From positions 242,193 through 306,192 of the forward strand of contig RDEW01000011.1 of the NCBI GenBank assembly GCA_011109175.1: DNA of 64,000 bases, read 5' to 3'. This DNA is from Dicyema japonicum (taxonomy: Eukaryota > Animalia > Dicyemida). This document shows, one piece after another, positions 36,600 through 49,696 of this stretch. The translations under genes were made by a program, and so were the position numbers. The notes under the pieces were generated by a model. That model had not been told where the DNA came from and ran no database searches. It was given only the letters and a program-made list of their open reading frames with translations. Positions within the stretch are counted from its first letter, which is position 1; every line of letters starts with the position of its first letter.

Positions 36600-38630
36600 A
36601 ATGAACAAATCAGGCGACTATCGACCATGTGGAGGACAAAATTGTGTTGGTGTCGGAAGTTTTCTGGAGAGGTAGCGAATGTGATGGGGTGCACAACTAC
36701 TTTCTCAAAAAATTCCCATCGATTCATAACCACCGATGTGAAGAGGTCTCCAAGTTAATTACGGAAACTATACTCCAGATAAATGGTTCTACACTGGAGT
36801 CACCTATCTTATCTCGAAGAAAAACGTGTGTCATACCCCAAAGGACAGACCAATTACTTTTATGCCCAATTTATACGAGTTGGGTACAAACTATGTGAAA
36901 GGAACATTATCAGACTATACTAGGCATGCCATCAGTGACAATCAATTGGAGACACGAAGAATGTGTCAAGAGGCAGAAGGGGAATAATTTGGCAACTGTG
37001 GATAGACGTTAAGAAGGCCTTCGATTCAGTGGATCATGAAATTTAGTAACTCGATAACTCTGGACTTCTTCACTGGATTGTTGATTTCGTGAAAAACTTG
37101 ATCACAAAATAAAAAATTAAGTTGAAATTTAAAGAGGGATACTGCAGGATGACTCTGTCACCGCAATCTTTGTGCTTGTAATGGAACTTCTGAGGAGGAT
37201 GCTAAATGGGAAATACCCCAAAGTGGTTATTGACAACCACGACCCAGGATCCCTCAGTAATGCAACAAACCACCTGCTGTTTATAGACTCTCGAGAAGAA
37301 AACCCAACGATTATGATGAAGAAGGGTAATTCTTTTTTGAAGTCTTTGGACTTGTCGAAAAATCTGCTACTAATGTGCTCACCCTGGAATCTGAAGCTAA
37401 CTCGGGCTCATTAATATAGAACCTTCCGAATTTGAGCTGATTGACCAAAAGGAAAATTCTTGTACAGAATCTGATTCATTTGAAGCCTGGGAACAAGGAA
37501 AGACTCTATCTGCCAAGAGATAAGCTTAGAAGAGGATTGGTATCCATTACCCATAATGTGAACGCATGCTTTTACAATTCTTCCGAGACCTAGAGAAAAG
37601 TCGAATTATTATTTGAGAAAGCAGGGAATCTACAGGTCATAAAATCAAATAAAACACATTTGGCCACAATCGTAGAATTCCTCAAACGAAGGTATAATGA
37701 ACCCGCTTTTATGCATCTCGACTTACTAAAAGAGCTCCATGAGAAATCTTTAATCGAACAAATACGGAGGATGCGTGGAACCCTTTTCGAATGTTTGGAT
37801 GACATCAACGTTGAAGCCAGGGAGTCATCTGAGTGGTTATCACATGGGAACAATTCTCCAAGATCCGAAGGATTGTTGTGTAATATACAAGACCGTAATT
37901 GTTCTTCAACTATGCTGGAGAAAAGTGCAACCATTGTAACTCTGCCAGGAAAAGTGTCACCATTCGGCACAATGCTGCAACCTCGGGAGTCTCACAGGGG
38001 GTAATGGACAAACTAGATGCCTTCCATCGTAAACCAACTCCGACTGTTGCTTGGCATCAACTGGCTAAAAAAATTACAAACAAGAATCTATACAAAGTAT
38101 GTAATACAAGACCATTGAGTCTGGATATCCTTGAATCAAGATGGCGTCTATTTGGTCACATCCTTCGGATGAGCCAGATGACGCCTGCTAAAATAGCAAT
38201 GGAGAACTATTTCTGCCCAAAAGAGAATACCTTGTTCCGTGGAAGACCTCACATAACTTTGCAGAGGTTCTACACAAGGACCTGACCAATGTAAGACGGA
38301 AGCTGAAAACAGGAGATGATCTGGATACGCTCAGAATTAATTGCCAGTAACCGTGGGGGCATGGAGGAAGTTAGTTAAGAGAATTGTGAGATAAAAATAA
38401 CCTGAAGAAAAATACGGCACAAGCGGAACCTTAATTAAATAAATTACATTTTTTGGTTCTTCGAAAGTGCTATTAATAATAATAATTTGGCACAAGATGT
38501 GGTCGTAATGTTGACCAGCGATACCTGCGAAGGCATAATGAGGTGGTTAAATACATACATCATCTGCACCTGTGTCGTCGATATGAATTAAGAAGACTAA
38601 GAAACTCAAGAACACATACCGTGTGTTTTA
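36600..38630 (+). mobile_element. R4/Dong-like RLE retrotransposon, degenerate, interrupted by an RTE fragment
   Basis: DVKKAFDSV, NHLLFID, SSEWLSHGNNSPRSEGLLCNIQDRN; resumes at about 38489 with YLRRHNEVVK. Confidence 0.8.
37965..38400 (+). mobile_element. RTE-clade LINE 3' fragment (family of 49890-52518)
   Basis: DKLDAFHRK..RWRLFGHILRM..AMENYF..FRGRPHITL. Confidence 0.8.
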
Positions 38631-39212
38631 TTACTATTCTTTGTTATTCCACATCGAAATCACATTTTAGATTAAAGATCGGTTAAATAAGGAATAGGTC
38701 GGTTTAAATAAGGATATTGGGTTCTTATTGCATTCAGGTTTCCAAATTTTAGCTTATTTGTGAAAACTATATTTTTTTGAAAATGGAAGCGCGAAAGTAT
38801 TCCCACTATTAATTTAGCGTCATTCTAGGATCTTTCTTATGCAGTCCTTCAAGCTGCCCGATCAGTTTGATTAACATTGATGTGAGATCAAGAGAGAAAG
38901 TTTAACTGGGAGGAGGTTTCCAGTACAATTCAAATACAAACGTGCAGACTGGAGACCTTACCGTACACTTACCGACAATCTATTGCAGTACCAGGATGGC
39001 AGTACATTGAGAATGGCCAAGCATATTGAAGAATATTTTTGCTCGTCTTGGGAGCAGATCACTGACTTGCAGAACCGTGTCGGATCAGTATCGCAAGGAG
39101 AAAGAAAAATATAGGGGAAATGAGCTGGCTTAAAGAGTTTTCAATTTAGATAGAGGCCATGACTGAAAAGAACTTTTAGTAGTTGTTAAGTTTTTTTTAT
39201 CAAAGTTTATAT

Positions 39213-40613
39213 TGTCACATGGGCGGCGCGTAACGCATGGGCAGCCTGTTACATTTTTTCGACCTTGAAAAGGTCTTTTAATTATCCGACATTTAATTTT
39301 GTATATCCGATTTATATCGTGATTTAATCCTATTAAATTAGTTTTTTATTCATAAATGTTATGATTATAAAGATTTTATTTTTTTATAGCGGTAAACCTA
39401 GATTTCTAGCATGGAAGATTATTTTGTTGCAATGGCTTCTTACAAGAGTTTTGTGAAAGATTGCGTTGAATATCAAACTTTAAAAGATGCTTTGCATGAT
39501 AAATTTCCCGAAAAATCTTCCGAGGCACCGAAAATATAGGCTTGTAAAGAAGATAGAGAATTTTTCCATTATCAATGACAGGTATTGTAAATTTGCAATA
39601 ATTTTAGACTGTATCTTAAATCAACTGATTCCAATTACGGTCATTGACATATATAGTAGGTTGGTTTTTTTTAATTTATAGATTCGCTTTTGTACGACCA
39701 CTCTATAATAAGTCTGGTAAAGAAGTATGTGAAAACTTAAGATCTTTGTTCCGCCTGAATGGGCCATGTAAATTTTTTCAGTCGGACAATGGTTCTGAAT
39801 TTAAAAATCAAGAAATAACAAAACTTTGCGAATATTTTAACATTAAGAAAATTCACGGAAGGCCTAACAATCCACGAGCACAAGGAATTGTCGAAAGATT
39901 TAATCAGACGATCACGAGGACGTTGTCAAAAATGCTGGATAGCAGTGAAAAAAAGTGGCTTGATAAATTAGAAAGTGCTGTCTACAGTTACAACATATTG
40001 GTCCATTCATTTTCCAACGAAAGTCCTTTCGAAAGATATCGAGGAATTAAGGGAATAAATTAAATAATTAATGGTTATACTTATATCACATTATGACTTA
40101 TATAATTTAAGTGATGAGTGTGAGATTCCAGAACAAATTGACGATTTGGTTAATTGTTCGACTCCAGAATCTATTGAAAATTCACGTAGTTTGATTTTAA
40201 AAATTTATATCTATATAATTCCCAGTCAGATAATTTGTGTCCGAATGCGAAGAGATTCAAATACTTTTAACATGGGAGATAAAGTATAAATTAAAAACAT
40301 TAATAAATAGGTTCGGGCTAAAAAGGACTTTGGAACAAATTCATTGCGACTGGATAAGTTTGAGTCTCAGTATTATCCAGTTGCAAAAATAATTAATATT
40401 TTATCGAATAATCGCATGGAGGTAGCTTTAAATAGTTTAATTTGATAGATAAAAAATTCGAAAGGAGAAATATCGACTGTATTAATGAGTAAACTAAAAA
40501 AAGTTACTTAAATTTAATTTTTTGTGGTTAATAAATCATTTATAAAATTAATTGAAGTTAATCATGGTTCAAGGTTAATGTAACAGGCAGCCCATCGCTT
40601 GGCCCATGTGACA
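39213..40613 (+). mobile_element. Ginger (Ginger2/TDD-like) integrase DNA transposon with micro-introns
   Basis: TIRs TGTCACATGGGC...GCCCATGTGACA with an inner tgggc.gcctgttacatt repeat; 5-bp TSD TATAT; rve core VIDIYSR|FAF..FQSDNGSEF..PRAQGIVERFNQT; GT-AG introns 39582-39607, 39660-39681, 40284-40310, 40422-40448. Confidence 0.88.
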
Positions 40614-40816
40614 TATATTTTCGTGAGTATTGAGTGAGAAATTGAAATGCTCAAAAAATCACGATAAAAAGAGAAATTTTCATAAATATAATGTTAAAAA
40701 TTAAATGTAAAAGGCATTTTATTAATCAAACAATAAATAAGAGTAATTCATTTAACGCCCGTCTAACTCAATCTTCTCTTCTTGGGGCCAACCCCTATTG
40801 CTTTTATAGGCATATA

Positions 40817-42141
40817 TGCAAAAGAAACAGAGGATTTATTGCGTCGGTAGATAGGGGTAGTGTCCACATCGTAGACAAACCAGGTTTACCCGGACGTACC
40901 TCGGAAGAGAGGATTCTGATTTGTCTATTGGAGGAGGAGGCCGGTGTAGTATTTTATTATCATCGAGTCTTCGGGTGCTTCTTGTAGAAACAAAATTCAA
41001 ACGACTCCGGTCATTGGGGCTGGAAGGGATGGATGATAGCATTCGAGACAGGTCACTCTTTGTCATCATAATTTTTCTTTTGTTTTAGGATTTGTTTAGA
41101 GAGTGGCAGGAATGATCAAGGCCAGAGATTGTCAAACGGTGTGCCGCAAGACAATTTCTAGCGTGCCAATAAAAAATAAAAATTTGGGTTTACCATTTAT
41201 TTTATTAATCAAACAATAAATAAGAGTAATTCATTTAACGCCCGTCTAACTCAATCCTCTTTTCTTGGGGCAGAGACTACCCTAGGTTGACATTCCCTGC
41301 CGTCTTCCTTATCAACAGGCATCGATACTCCATGCCTCTCCTCAGCTTGCATACTCTCCAAAGTCTTCCGTAACACTAGCGTCTGTATATAAGCTTTGAC
41401 CCTCCCTTCCACATTGAGGGTATCCAGGTGGCCTTTGAAAAATCTGGAGACAATTTTATGCAGGTGATCACCACAGGAATTATTTTCACCTTTGCGCGAT
41501 GAATAATCTAAAGTTCGTTCGCCAGTAGGTCATACTTGTGGAAATTTTCTGCCTCGACCTGCTTGAGGTAGTTTTGCAAAATGATTCCAATTTCAACAAG
41601 AGTAATCGCATTTTTTGTCTTATCATAAACGAAAATGTTGGGTTTATTTGTTACAGCCGTGTCCGTTCTGATCGTCGTGTCTACACGAATCTCCACAAAT
41701 TCATTTGCAACAAAAGATTTTACTTAATGGGTCTTCAGTTTTTCTTATTCCATATTGACGGCTAAGATGTAGGTGTAAACATCTGACTACTTTATTATGG
41801 TGCCTGAGATATGAGCTATTAAGCATTCTCCCACATCTAGTTGTAAGGTGATCAACGGTCTTTTTTACTGAGTTACAGTGTCCGCACTTAGTTTTTCCGT
41901 TATCACGATCCTGAAGTAGACAGATGCTATGGTTCCTAGCATAACAAGTATTATTTAGTTTTTACTATGTATTGTAGTCAAATGTTGTTTAGTGATACTT
42001 TTGTGAGCTAACTGAATCATTGAAATGTTCATATTTCTGAATTGATAACAAAAGAACTGAAACCTTATAGCATTAGCGAAAACTTGATCATACCTGCTTG
42101 TCGTACCATTGCTCGGACTATGCTTGGTCATAAATATAAAC
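40817..42141 (-). repeat. Inverted duplicate of 31600-33037 (hAT + R4-like + LINE 3' composite)
   Basis: ORF pairs 32050/41508, 31981/41538 and 32793/40836 are near-identical in opposite orientation, including the junctions between elements. Confidence 0.92.
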
Positions 42142-42664
42142 GATCCTAAAGTAGACAAAGCCTTCCCTCGTTATAGGGGAGTGATTTACATGCACTAGCC
42201 ATCCAAAGGATTCAGCAATATTAACTTGTATGTCTTTTATAAACTGAATTAAAATAGAGTGCAGCAGTTTCTTCTAAATTTTTCCCAATAGTTATTCATG
42301 CTGTATTTCCATCAATTTAAACCTTCACATTTTCAATGTTGTACTTTCGGGAAATGAATTATACGATAGTGGCCATGTGTGTTTTCTTTGAATTAATGAC
42401 CCATATTATTCCCGCTCTTCTTAGGCAGTAATTTGCCTTATGTTCCGAGTCACCATAAAATCGGAGGAGCATTCATTCTGCTTTGTTACTGACAGACTCG
42501 AGGCCTCTTCCAAATTTATTTCTTGGTAAATAAAGTCTTTGTTCGCCAGTTGCAAGTGGATGTAGCTATCCATAAGAATTATGCGGATGTTTTTATCGAT
42601 TAATTATGTTTATGACAAATAAGAAATTTATTTGGTCGGTTTATAAATTTTCCGGTGGCATCAT

Positions 42665-42775
42665 TTTTAGATGCCACAAATGCTATTTTTGAAATTTAGA
42701 TGACATAAAATGCCATTTTTGAAATTTAGATGCCACAAATGCTATTTTTGAAATTTTAGTTGCCATAAAAATTGC
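42665..42775. repeat. Tandem repeat of about 30 bp, about 4 units
   Basis: tttagatgccacaaatgctatttttgaaa and variants. Confidence 0.85.
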
Positions 42776-42819
42776 TTTAATGAACCAAAAAATATGCTGA
42801 TAATTAAAATTTAATAATA

Positions 42820-44325
42820 GTAATCAACTAATTAAGCGTATTTTAATCCAGATTGTTGGTAATCCCTCTTCTTCTCTTAGAAGAAGAATGTGCCATAACC
42901 TCTCTGTTACTCCGCATCTCCACATCAGATTCAGTCAAAATATCTCCGTTAGAGTCCAGTGGGCTGTCCTCACGGCATGCCAGTTCCACAAGTTGGGAGG
43001 TAGCAGAGGCGTACTCTTCATCGTATACCTTCATCCCATGCTTATGTTCAATGAGCATACTTTCGAGCGTTCTCTTCAGCACAACCGATTGGATGTAAGT
43101 CCTCGTTGATTCTTCAATAGATAATTTATCCATATGATTCTTGAAGCATCTTGAGACAACTCCATCCCATGTCAAAACCACTGGAATAATCTTCACTTGG
43201 CATTCATAGAGCAGCGAAAGTTCATTTGCTAGCAAGTCATATTTGTGAAGTTTCTCAACTTCAACTTGCTTTAGTCGGTCTTGTGAGGTAATCCCCACTT
43301 CAATTAAGGTTACTTCCTTCTTTATTTTGTCGTAAACAAAAATATCAGGTTTATTGTATTGGACTTTTGTTTCTGCCAAAATCGACGTCAACTCCAATTT
43401 CGACATTTTGATTCGTCAATATTGACTGAACCGAATGTCCTTTCAATTTCCTGCTTCTTTTGATTCCACAAATTTGACAAAGATGAAGATGGATGCACTT
43501 TACCACTTCATTATGTCTTCGGAGATAATCACTATTTAGCATTTTACCACACTGAGTGGCCAAATGATCAACAGTTTTCTTGCTTTTTTTACAATGGTTG
43601 CATAATGACCCCGTGTGTGCAAAAAACAAATTCCTATCTTGCAAAAGACAGTACAATGCTTCGCTCCGTGGGCCGTTATTTCCTTTGGATAACCATTCTG
43701 AGGAAGTATATAGGTCGACATTTGTTTCATCAATACATTTGAACATAATTGAGTGTAGTGTTCTGCAATAAATTTTATTTAATAAATATTTTTTCTGAGT
43801 GTCCTTGAGGGACTTAATATCCATGCTTTCCCTGTCGGCAATTGCATATTTAGAGGCAAGAAATCCTGCGATTGTAGCCAAGTGCCATTTTTTTGTTTTT
43901 ATTACTCGCAGAATCCCCGACCTTCGCAAACACACAGTCGACTGTTTTTCCAAACTTTTAAAAAACTGGAAAAGTATTAATTCGCTCTTTAATGAAATCG
44001 AGGAAAGTCCTCTTCCAAAAGTCTTCCTGTCCAAATACAGCCTCTCTTTATTTGCAGGTTTGAGGTGCAACTTGAGTGACGTAAGCAGTTGCCGTATTTG
44101 TTGGTCAATATCATCAAATTCGTAAGGTTCAATATTAATTAATCCTATATAATAGTTATATAGGGACATTGCGTATTCATTTATTGCGCGAAATAAGTTC
44201 ACAGAATTTAACTTTGTTTTTGAAAGCATGGTTATTCTCTTCTTAACATTTTCAAGTATGGACTCCATAACTTTGCTTTTAAGAACATTACTTCCCTCAT
44301 CTTCAAAAACACCCAAATATCGAAA
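42820..44325 (-). mobile_element. R4/Dong-like RLE retrotransposon, 5'-truncated, young (one frameshift near 43390)
   Basis: YLGVFED, ERLYL..GRGL, LLQDRN, CNHC..TVDHLATQC, YLRRHNEVV, KPDIFV..IEVG..EKLHKYDLLANEL. Confidence 0.92.
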
Positions 44326-45199
44326 CCAAAAAATAATTATAAAAATACTATATCTCCTACTTTAGTCATATTGCATATTTACTGTAAATATCAATTATAG
44401 TTAAATACATTTGTAGTCGAAAATCTATGAACCATATTAATTTCATACTTTAAAAAGAATAGAAAACCTACATAGTGAACAATATTTTACAACAGCTTCA
44501 ATAATATTTCTTTTGATGGCAATATGTGAGCGTGAGCATAAGATATTGCATGCATTTTGAAATTAGGGTTATGGATTAGGGTTTTAACATTTATTATTTT
44601 CTCATTTCAAAATTATGTTTAACGTAACCTATTTAATTAAAAGAAAGTCACTAACATCTTTGAGCACAAATCCATCTCCAGTAATGCAATTTAAAAAACA
44701 AAGGAAAATAATTTATTATTCTTTATCGAAATGCAGGTTAGATATATATGACAGCTGCCAGATTACAAGGTAACCACTCCAGCATGTCACATATTACTTA
44801 GAATACACTATTGACAAAAGCATGTTATAAAAATGAATTAATGATCAAAACAGCGACATTAGTACAATTTGTTTATATACTCCAATAAGTCTATCGCTCT
44901 ACTCAAACATGTGTGATATAATAGTAAAAATAAATTAATCATTACATGTTCACTTCTATAATAATTATTATTATATAATAAACAAAATACAATATCCTTA
45001 ACATAATGTGATATAATCTCAGATTTGATATATTCTTCCATGTCTTCCGAAGGAAGTCGCACACACTTAATATAGCAATTACTCACCTAAATACAACTCC
45101 CTCTGAGAAGGGATTCATAGAATCCACCAATTCTAGTTCAGCATCACCTCATAGAGTTATCATTAGGTACATTATTATTATAAGCAACACTCGTAAAAT

Positions 45200-46262
45200 C
45201 ATAATAGTTATAATTTCACTCGTGCAGCATTCAAAACAATCCTCCGAACCAACCTCTACCAACTTCCTCGATCGTAAGAGAGTTTCCTCAACTCGTCCAG
45301 GTCGTCCCCACTTCTTAGACGTTTGTACGAGCTTTAGATCTCCGTCAAGTGTTTCAGGTAGTGTAATACGCCGGCGTCCACGAAATCACGGTCCCTGTCT
45401 CATAAAGTAGTCCTCCATTGCTATGTTGCTGGAGTGCCCAAGTCCATACGCAAAATATGTCCAAATAACCTCCAGCGCATATCAGCAATTTCGAGACCCA
45501 GTGGACCCGTGCAACATCTCTTGTACAGCGATTCCTTTTTTATTCTTGCTGACCAGTTCAGTCCCAGTAGGAATCTAAGTTGTCTTCGATGTCTGGTCCA
45601 AGTTGTTCGGTTTTGGACATTTCCCAGGTCGATGAATTGTACATTAGGATAGGCTTGACAAAGCCTTTATACAGTCTCAGACGAAATGATGTGCAGGATC
45701 GTCGTTTACCAATCCATCTTTCTTCAACTTGTTCATTTTACCCATGCGAGGGCCTTCCTTCTGGAATATCTTGACTGTCTCCAAGTAAAGAGCCAAGTTT
45801 GTTTGTTTTTTCCCATATTTAACTTGATCTGCTTTCCATTCTCCTGATTTCCACAATGTCAGTTTTTGCGGTGTTCATTCCAAGGAACCATCGGTTCAGC
45901 TCAGCAGGGGCCATTTCGAGGAGTCGAAGTAGGGCTGATTTGTTTCTAACACAAAGTCGATGTCGTCCGCATAGGCAATTTCGACGATGTTGCCATCATA
46001 GAACTTCCGAAAATCTCGTAATGCCGCCTCCAGATATATGACAAATAGCAGGGACGAGAGGAATCTCCCTGGGGAGTACCAACATTGCACGTAAATTCAC
46101 GGGATGACGTCTTACCGACCATCACTCTGAGCTTCATGTAAGATAGCAACACTCTGATCATACTGACAGAATCAGGGTCCAAGAATTGCTCTAGTATCCT
46201 GAGAAGTAGACCACGACGGACCGTGTCACACGCCCTAGAGAGCTCTATTCCCAGGATTTGGT
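45200..46262 (-). mobile_element. RTE-clade LINE remnant (RT to 3' end)
   Basis: LGIELSRACDTV, GTPQGDS, YADDIDF, RWRLFGHI, AMEDYF..RGRR. Confidence 0.85.
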
Positions 46263-46269
46263 ACATCTC

Positions 46270-49010
46270 CTTCAATTTAAAAAAAATTATCAAATCCAGC
46301 CATAAGTTCGCTCAAATCTCCATACAAGTCCTAACCTTCTCTAAAGACACTAAACTGTCGATATTCTTCTTAATACGCCTAGCATTAGCACAATCTAAAC
46401 ATTTCAAATTTTCTCTCATCCAATGACAATTTATCCACTCGGATTGACATCAGACAGACGGTGATCTCGTCAAAAGCCTTTTGTCCCAATGTAAATCGAT
46501 TCCCACGAATAGAAACAAATTTAGAGTAAAACTTTCAACACGTGCTTTCTGTCCTCACTAACCTTTATCTTCCTCTCCATTTCTATTTATAATTCCTTAT
46601 TATCAACCACAAAAAGGCAGCCTTTCTCTTCCAATTTATAATCTTATTCTTAGACAAACTTAAATTATCCTCACGCCCCTTCACTCCAAAACAAAAAGTT
46701 ACCTTTATTTCCTTCTTTAATCTCTCCAAATGGTGTTCAATACTACTCTTTTCACTCCCAAGATTCTCCATAGCAAAATACTTCCCTGAATTGTGAGTCC
46801 AACTCTGTTATAAGACTATGACTACCTCCTGCAGCTTTTGTTCTGATATAACTAAGGTACTTGAGTTAACTCCCTTATTATTGTCAGCAGAAGACAACCC
46901 CATCTTATTACTCACTCCTTTAGTCCCTAAACTATGTTATTACCAATATACCAGAAGTCTCTATCAATTTTTATATCCAAGGTAACCACTCGATCGATAC
47001 ATGACTGACCCGAACGCAAAGGCAGTGGCATGTCAATGTTATCAGCCACCAAAGTATTCCCATTAGTAAGAAGAAGGCAAACTATACTTAGCATCAGTTG
47101 GTCTTATCAGATAATACAACTGTTTGGCCCCTTTCTGTCTTAAATAACAACACCAAATTACATGTCAACTTTTTTTAGAGTTTCTGATTTCATTTTGTTG
47201 ATAAAATTCTCTGCAGTCTCATAATCCTCCACCACAATATTGTCTAGTCTAGAACAACCAGTTGATATAGCCACGTCACACTTAGCATCAATCATACCCA
47301 AACACTCCTAATAATTAATAATAAATTTTCCACCAATCTTCCAATAATTCCTGGTAGTCTTCCCTGTCGTTTCTCTCCATAAATGTCTTCATAATACTTC
47401 TACTCTTATTTGCTGAAGAATAAGAATTCACTTCCACTATTTTATTTCTATTTTTTCCAATCTCACAATAACCCCCTTATTAAACCTTAACGTTCATCAC
47501 TCCAATCTTATTCTTCAATTCTTATATTTTTATTAATCACTTCATTATTATTAACCCCAGGCTTACCATTGTAAGTCCAGCACAAACAGTCATAACCGCT
47601 AATCCAAGGAAGGAACAAAAGAAATAACATCTGCTTGTGCATCCAAATCCATCTTCCAATACTTCATTACAGGCTTCCACTTCCGAAGAGAGGTGGAGAA
47701 GTAGGTCCGCCCTCTTCCATTTTTGTCCCACGTCCTACCGTCGCGAACATCACTTCATTCTTTAGCGGAATAGTTTTCATAATGCAATTTTCATTAGAGG
47801 GTTTGGTCAGGGAGAAGGGTAGGAAGATCCCTTTTAACAACTTGTCGTGCCAGAAAGGACTCGTCGCCTCACGGGTGGGATCTGTTTGACAAGAATTGAC
47901 CTTCGCTGATAACTCCATCTTTCGGATAATAACCCACGACCTTCAGATCCGATGTCATCAGACGTTACATTCAGTCAGAAGACTTATCACTTCATGGGAG
48001 ATCTCTGAAAACTTTTCAATATTTTCAGTATATACCCTTTGATATACGCAGATCCCAACATTATGTTTAGTTGAATCAGCCTCTCTAATTCTGACATATC
48101 TGTTCCTGTTTCTGAATTTCCAGTTGAACAGGCTGTAATAACATTAAACTCCACCTTTGTGGCTGATTTCAGCTCATCAATGACAGTTAGCATATTGTCG
48201 TTGTTTTTTGCATGTTTAGTTTTAACAAATACCCAGACATTCTTTTTGTTTCTCACATGAGCGCTAGACCGTCGAGTAAGTGCTCATTCTAATAAATACT
48301 TGGGAAGTGAAATACCTCTGTTTTATTATGCTTGATTGAGTAGACAACTTGTGCTCGTTCCAGTTTAGTATGTTTCTGGACCTCTCTGTCTTTGTATCCG
48401 CAAATTCTAGCTTTTTGAACTTTTGTCTTTTATCAGATCCGACTTTATTAGCCGCTTAAAGTATCTAAATTATAAACACCACTACTTTTGTGTCTCAGAA
48501 TATTCCTTAGTAATAGTGCTCTCTGTGGAGTAATAGTCCTTCAATTTACATCACAGTAATCTAATTTGACCTTCAAAGACTTCTCGTCCTCCGAAGTTGT
48601 TGTACGATCCTTCAAATCAAATCTACAATTTCTCAAGATTATACATGTGTTTCTTAAACAGTTTAAATTTGTAGACAGTTCGAGAATTCAGCAGGCCCAG
48701 ATAATGAATAGCTTCATCTCAAGCCTCTCTCAGTTTGTTCTATTCAATTTCTGACTGTTTGGTCAATGTGAACTTGCATCATCAAAACAACTACCAGCTT
48801 AACTTTGGCATCAGAGAGTTTAGATATTCTATCCTCATAAAAATCAATAATTATTTTGTATCTACTCGACCAAATGATAGCCTCTAGGTTTTCAAGCATC
48901 CCTTCCTCATTCTCTCCTCCAGAGATTAGTTTCATAAGGGAAATCTGTTCAACCTCCCCCTATCATTATATCCTTCCATTTCACCTTAAGATAAGAAATC
49001 GGTTATTTTG
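46270..49010 (-). other. Degenerate intronless coding-like sequence, possible endogenous viral element; interrupted by a repeat at 47540-47930
   Basis: Long broken reading frames on one strand with no transposon motifs or micro-introns; weak resemblance to bunyavirus-type L protein (QLYYLIRPT, KYFAMENLG..HLERL). Confidence 0.3.
47540..47930 (-). repeat. Unclassified interspersed repeat, second copy at 56815-57010
   Basis: aagtccagcacaaacagtca..cattacaggcttcc..agaagtag..cttccattt..cacgtcctacc..cacttcattcttta shared by both copies. Confidence 0.75.
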
Positions 49011-49029
49011 AATTCCACTTCCACATTGT

Positions 49030-49420
49030 TTTAGATGACTGGCGACCTGCTTTGTTGAGATTTTCTTATAGAAACTCCTTCTTTGTGACAGTCCGACGAA
49101 TTGTGAATTTTTGTTTATCGTCGATTTGGTTAACGTTAATTTGTCTGAATTATATAGAGACTAACAACTATGAATGTTTGAGAATGATGAGCTTTTTGTG
49201 GATTAGCACTGCCGGGTTCTTTGAACGTATCTTTTGGGCTCTAAATCCAGAGACATCGAAAATCTTTGACTTTCAACTTCCATTTGGTCCGACAATACAG
49301 GAAAATTTCTATAATGGAAAAATAAAAGTACATTTTGGAATGGACCCAGTCGGTCGACTCCACCGTAGGATTTTGAAATTTTCCACTAATAGATAATCGA
49401 TTATGAAGTGACTTTTTAGG
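49030..49420 (-). pseudogene. SMC4: SMC4 (condensin) N-terminal fragment, unprocessed pseudogene
   Basis: VENFKSYGG..LGPFQN|KFSCIVGPNGS*KS..GFRAQKIRSK..VLIH; 23-nt intron 49309-49331; stop codon in Walker A plus deletions. Confidence 0.85.
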
Positions 49421-49651
49421 TTAAAATCGTTTGTAAATGCGACATCTTTTTCAATCTCTATTTGTCCTAAGGACCCTAGAAGATTGCATCAATGGTGACG
49501 TTATCGAAATAAGAAGAAAATTGCATCACTGGTGACGTTTAGATAGTCTACTATTATTATTATTAAGGCACTTTCACGAAAGCCATAATGTTTATAACCC
49601 CGTGTGTGCAACACTCAAAACACTTAGCGTTAATCTTCTCCATTTTCCTCT

Positions 49652-49696
49652 ATCGTGATGGCCAAGCGGTTAAGGCGGCAGATTTGAAATCTGTTG
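49652..49696 (+). pseudogene. 5' half of tRNA-Ser(UGA), truncated
   Basis: gtgatggccaagcggttaaggcg D-arm and gcaga-tttgaaa-tctgt anticodon arm; no T-arm follows. Confidence 0.65.

Noticed and set aside
42665-42775. CRISPR-like array
   Set aside because: Units are contiguous with no unique spacers, the context is eukaryotic, and there are no cas genes.
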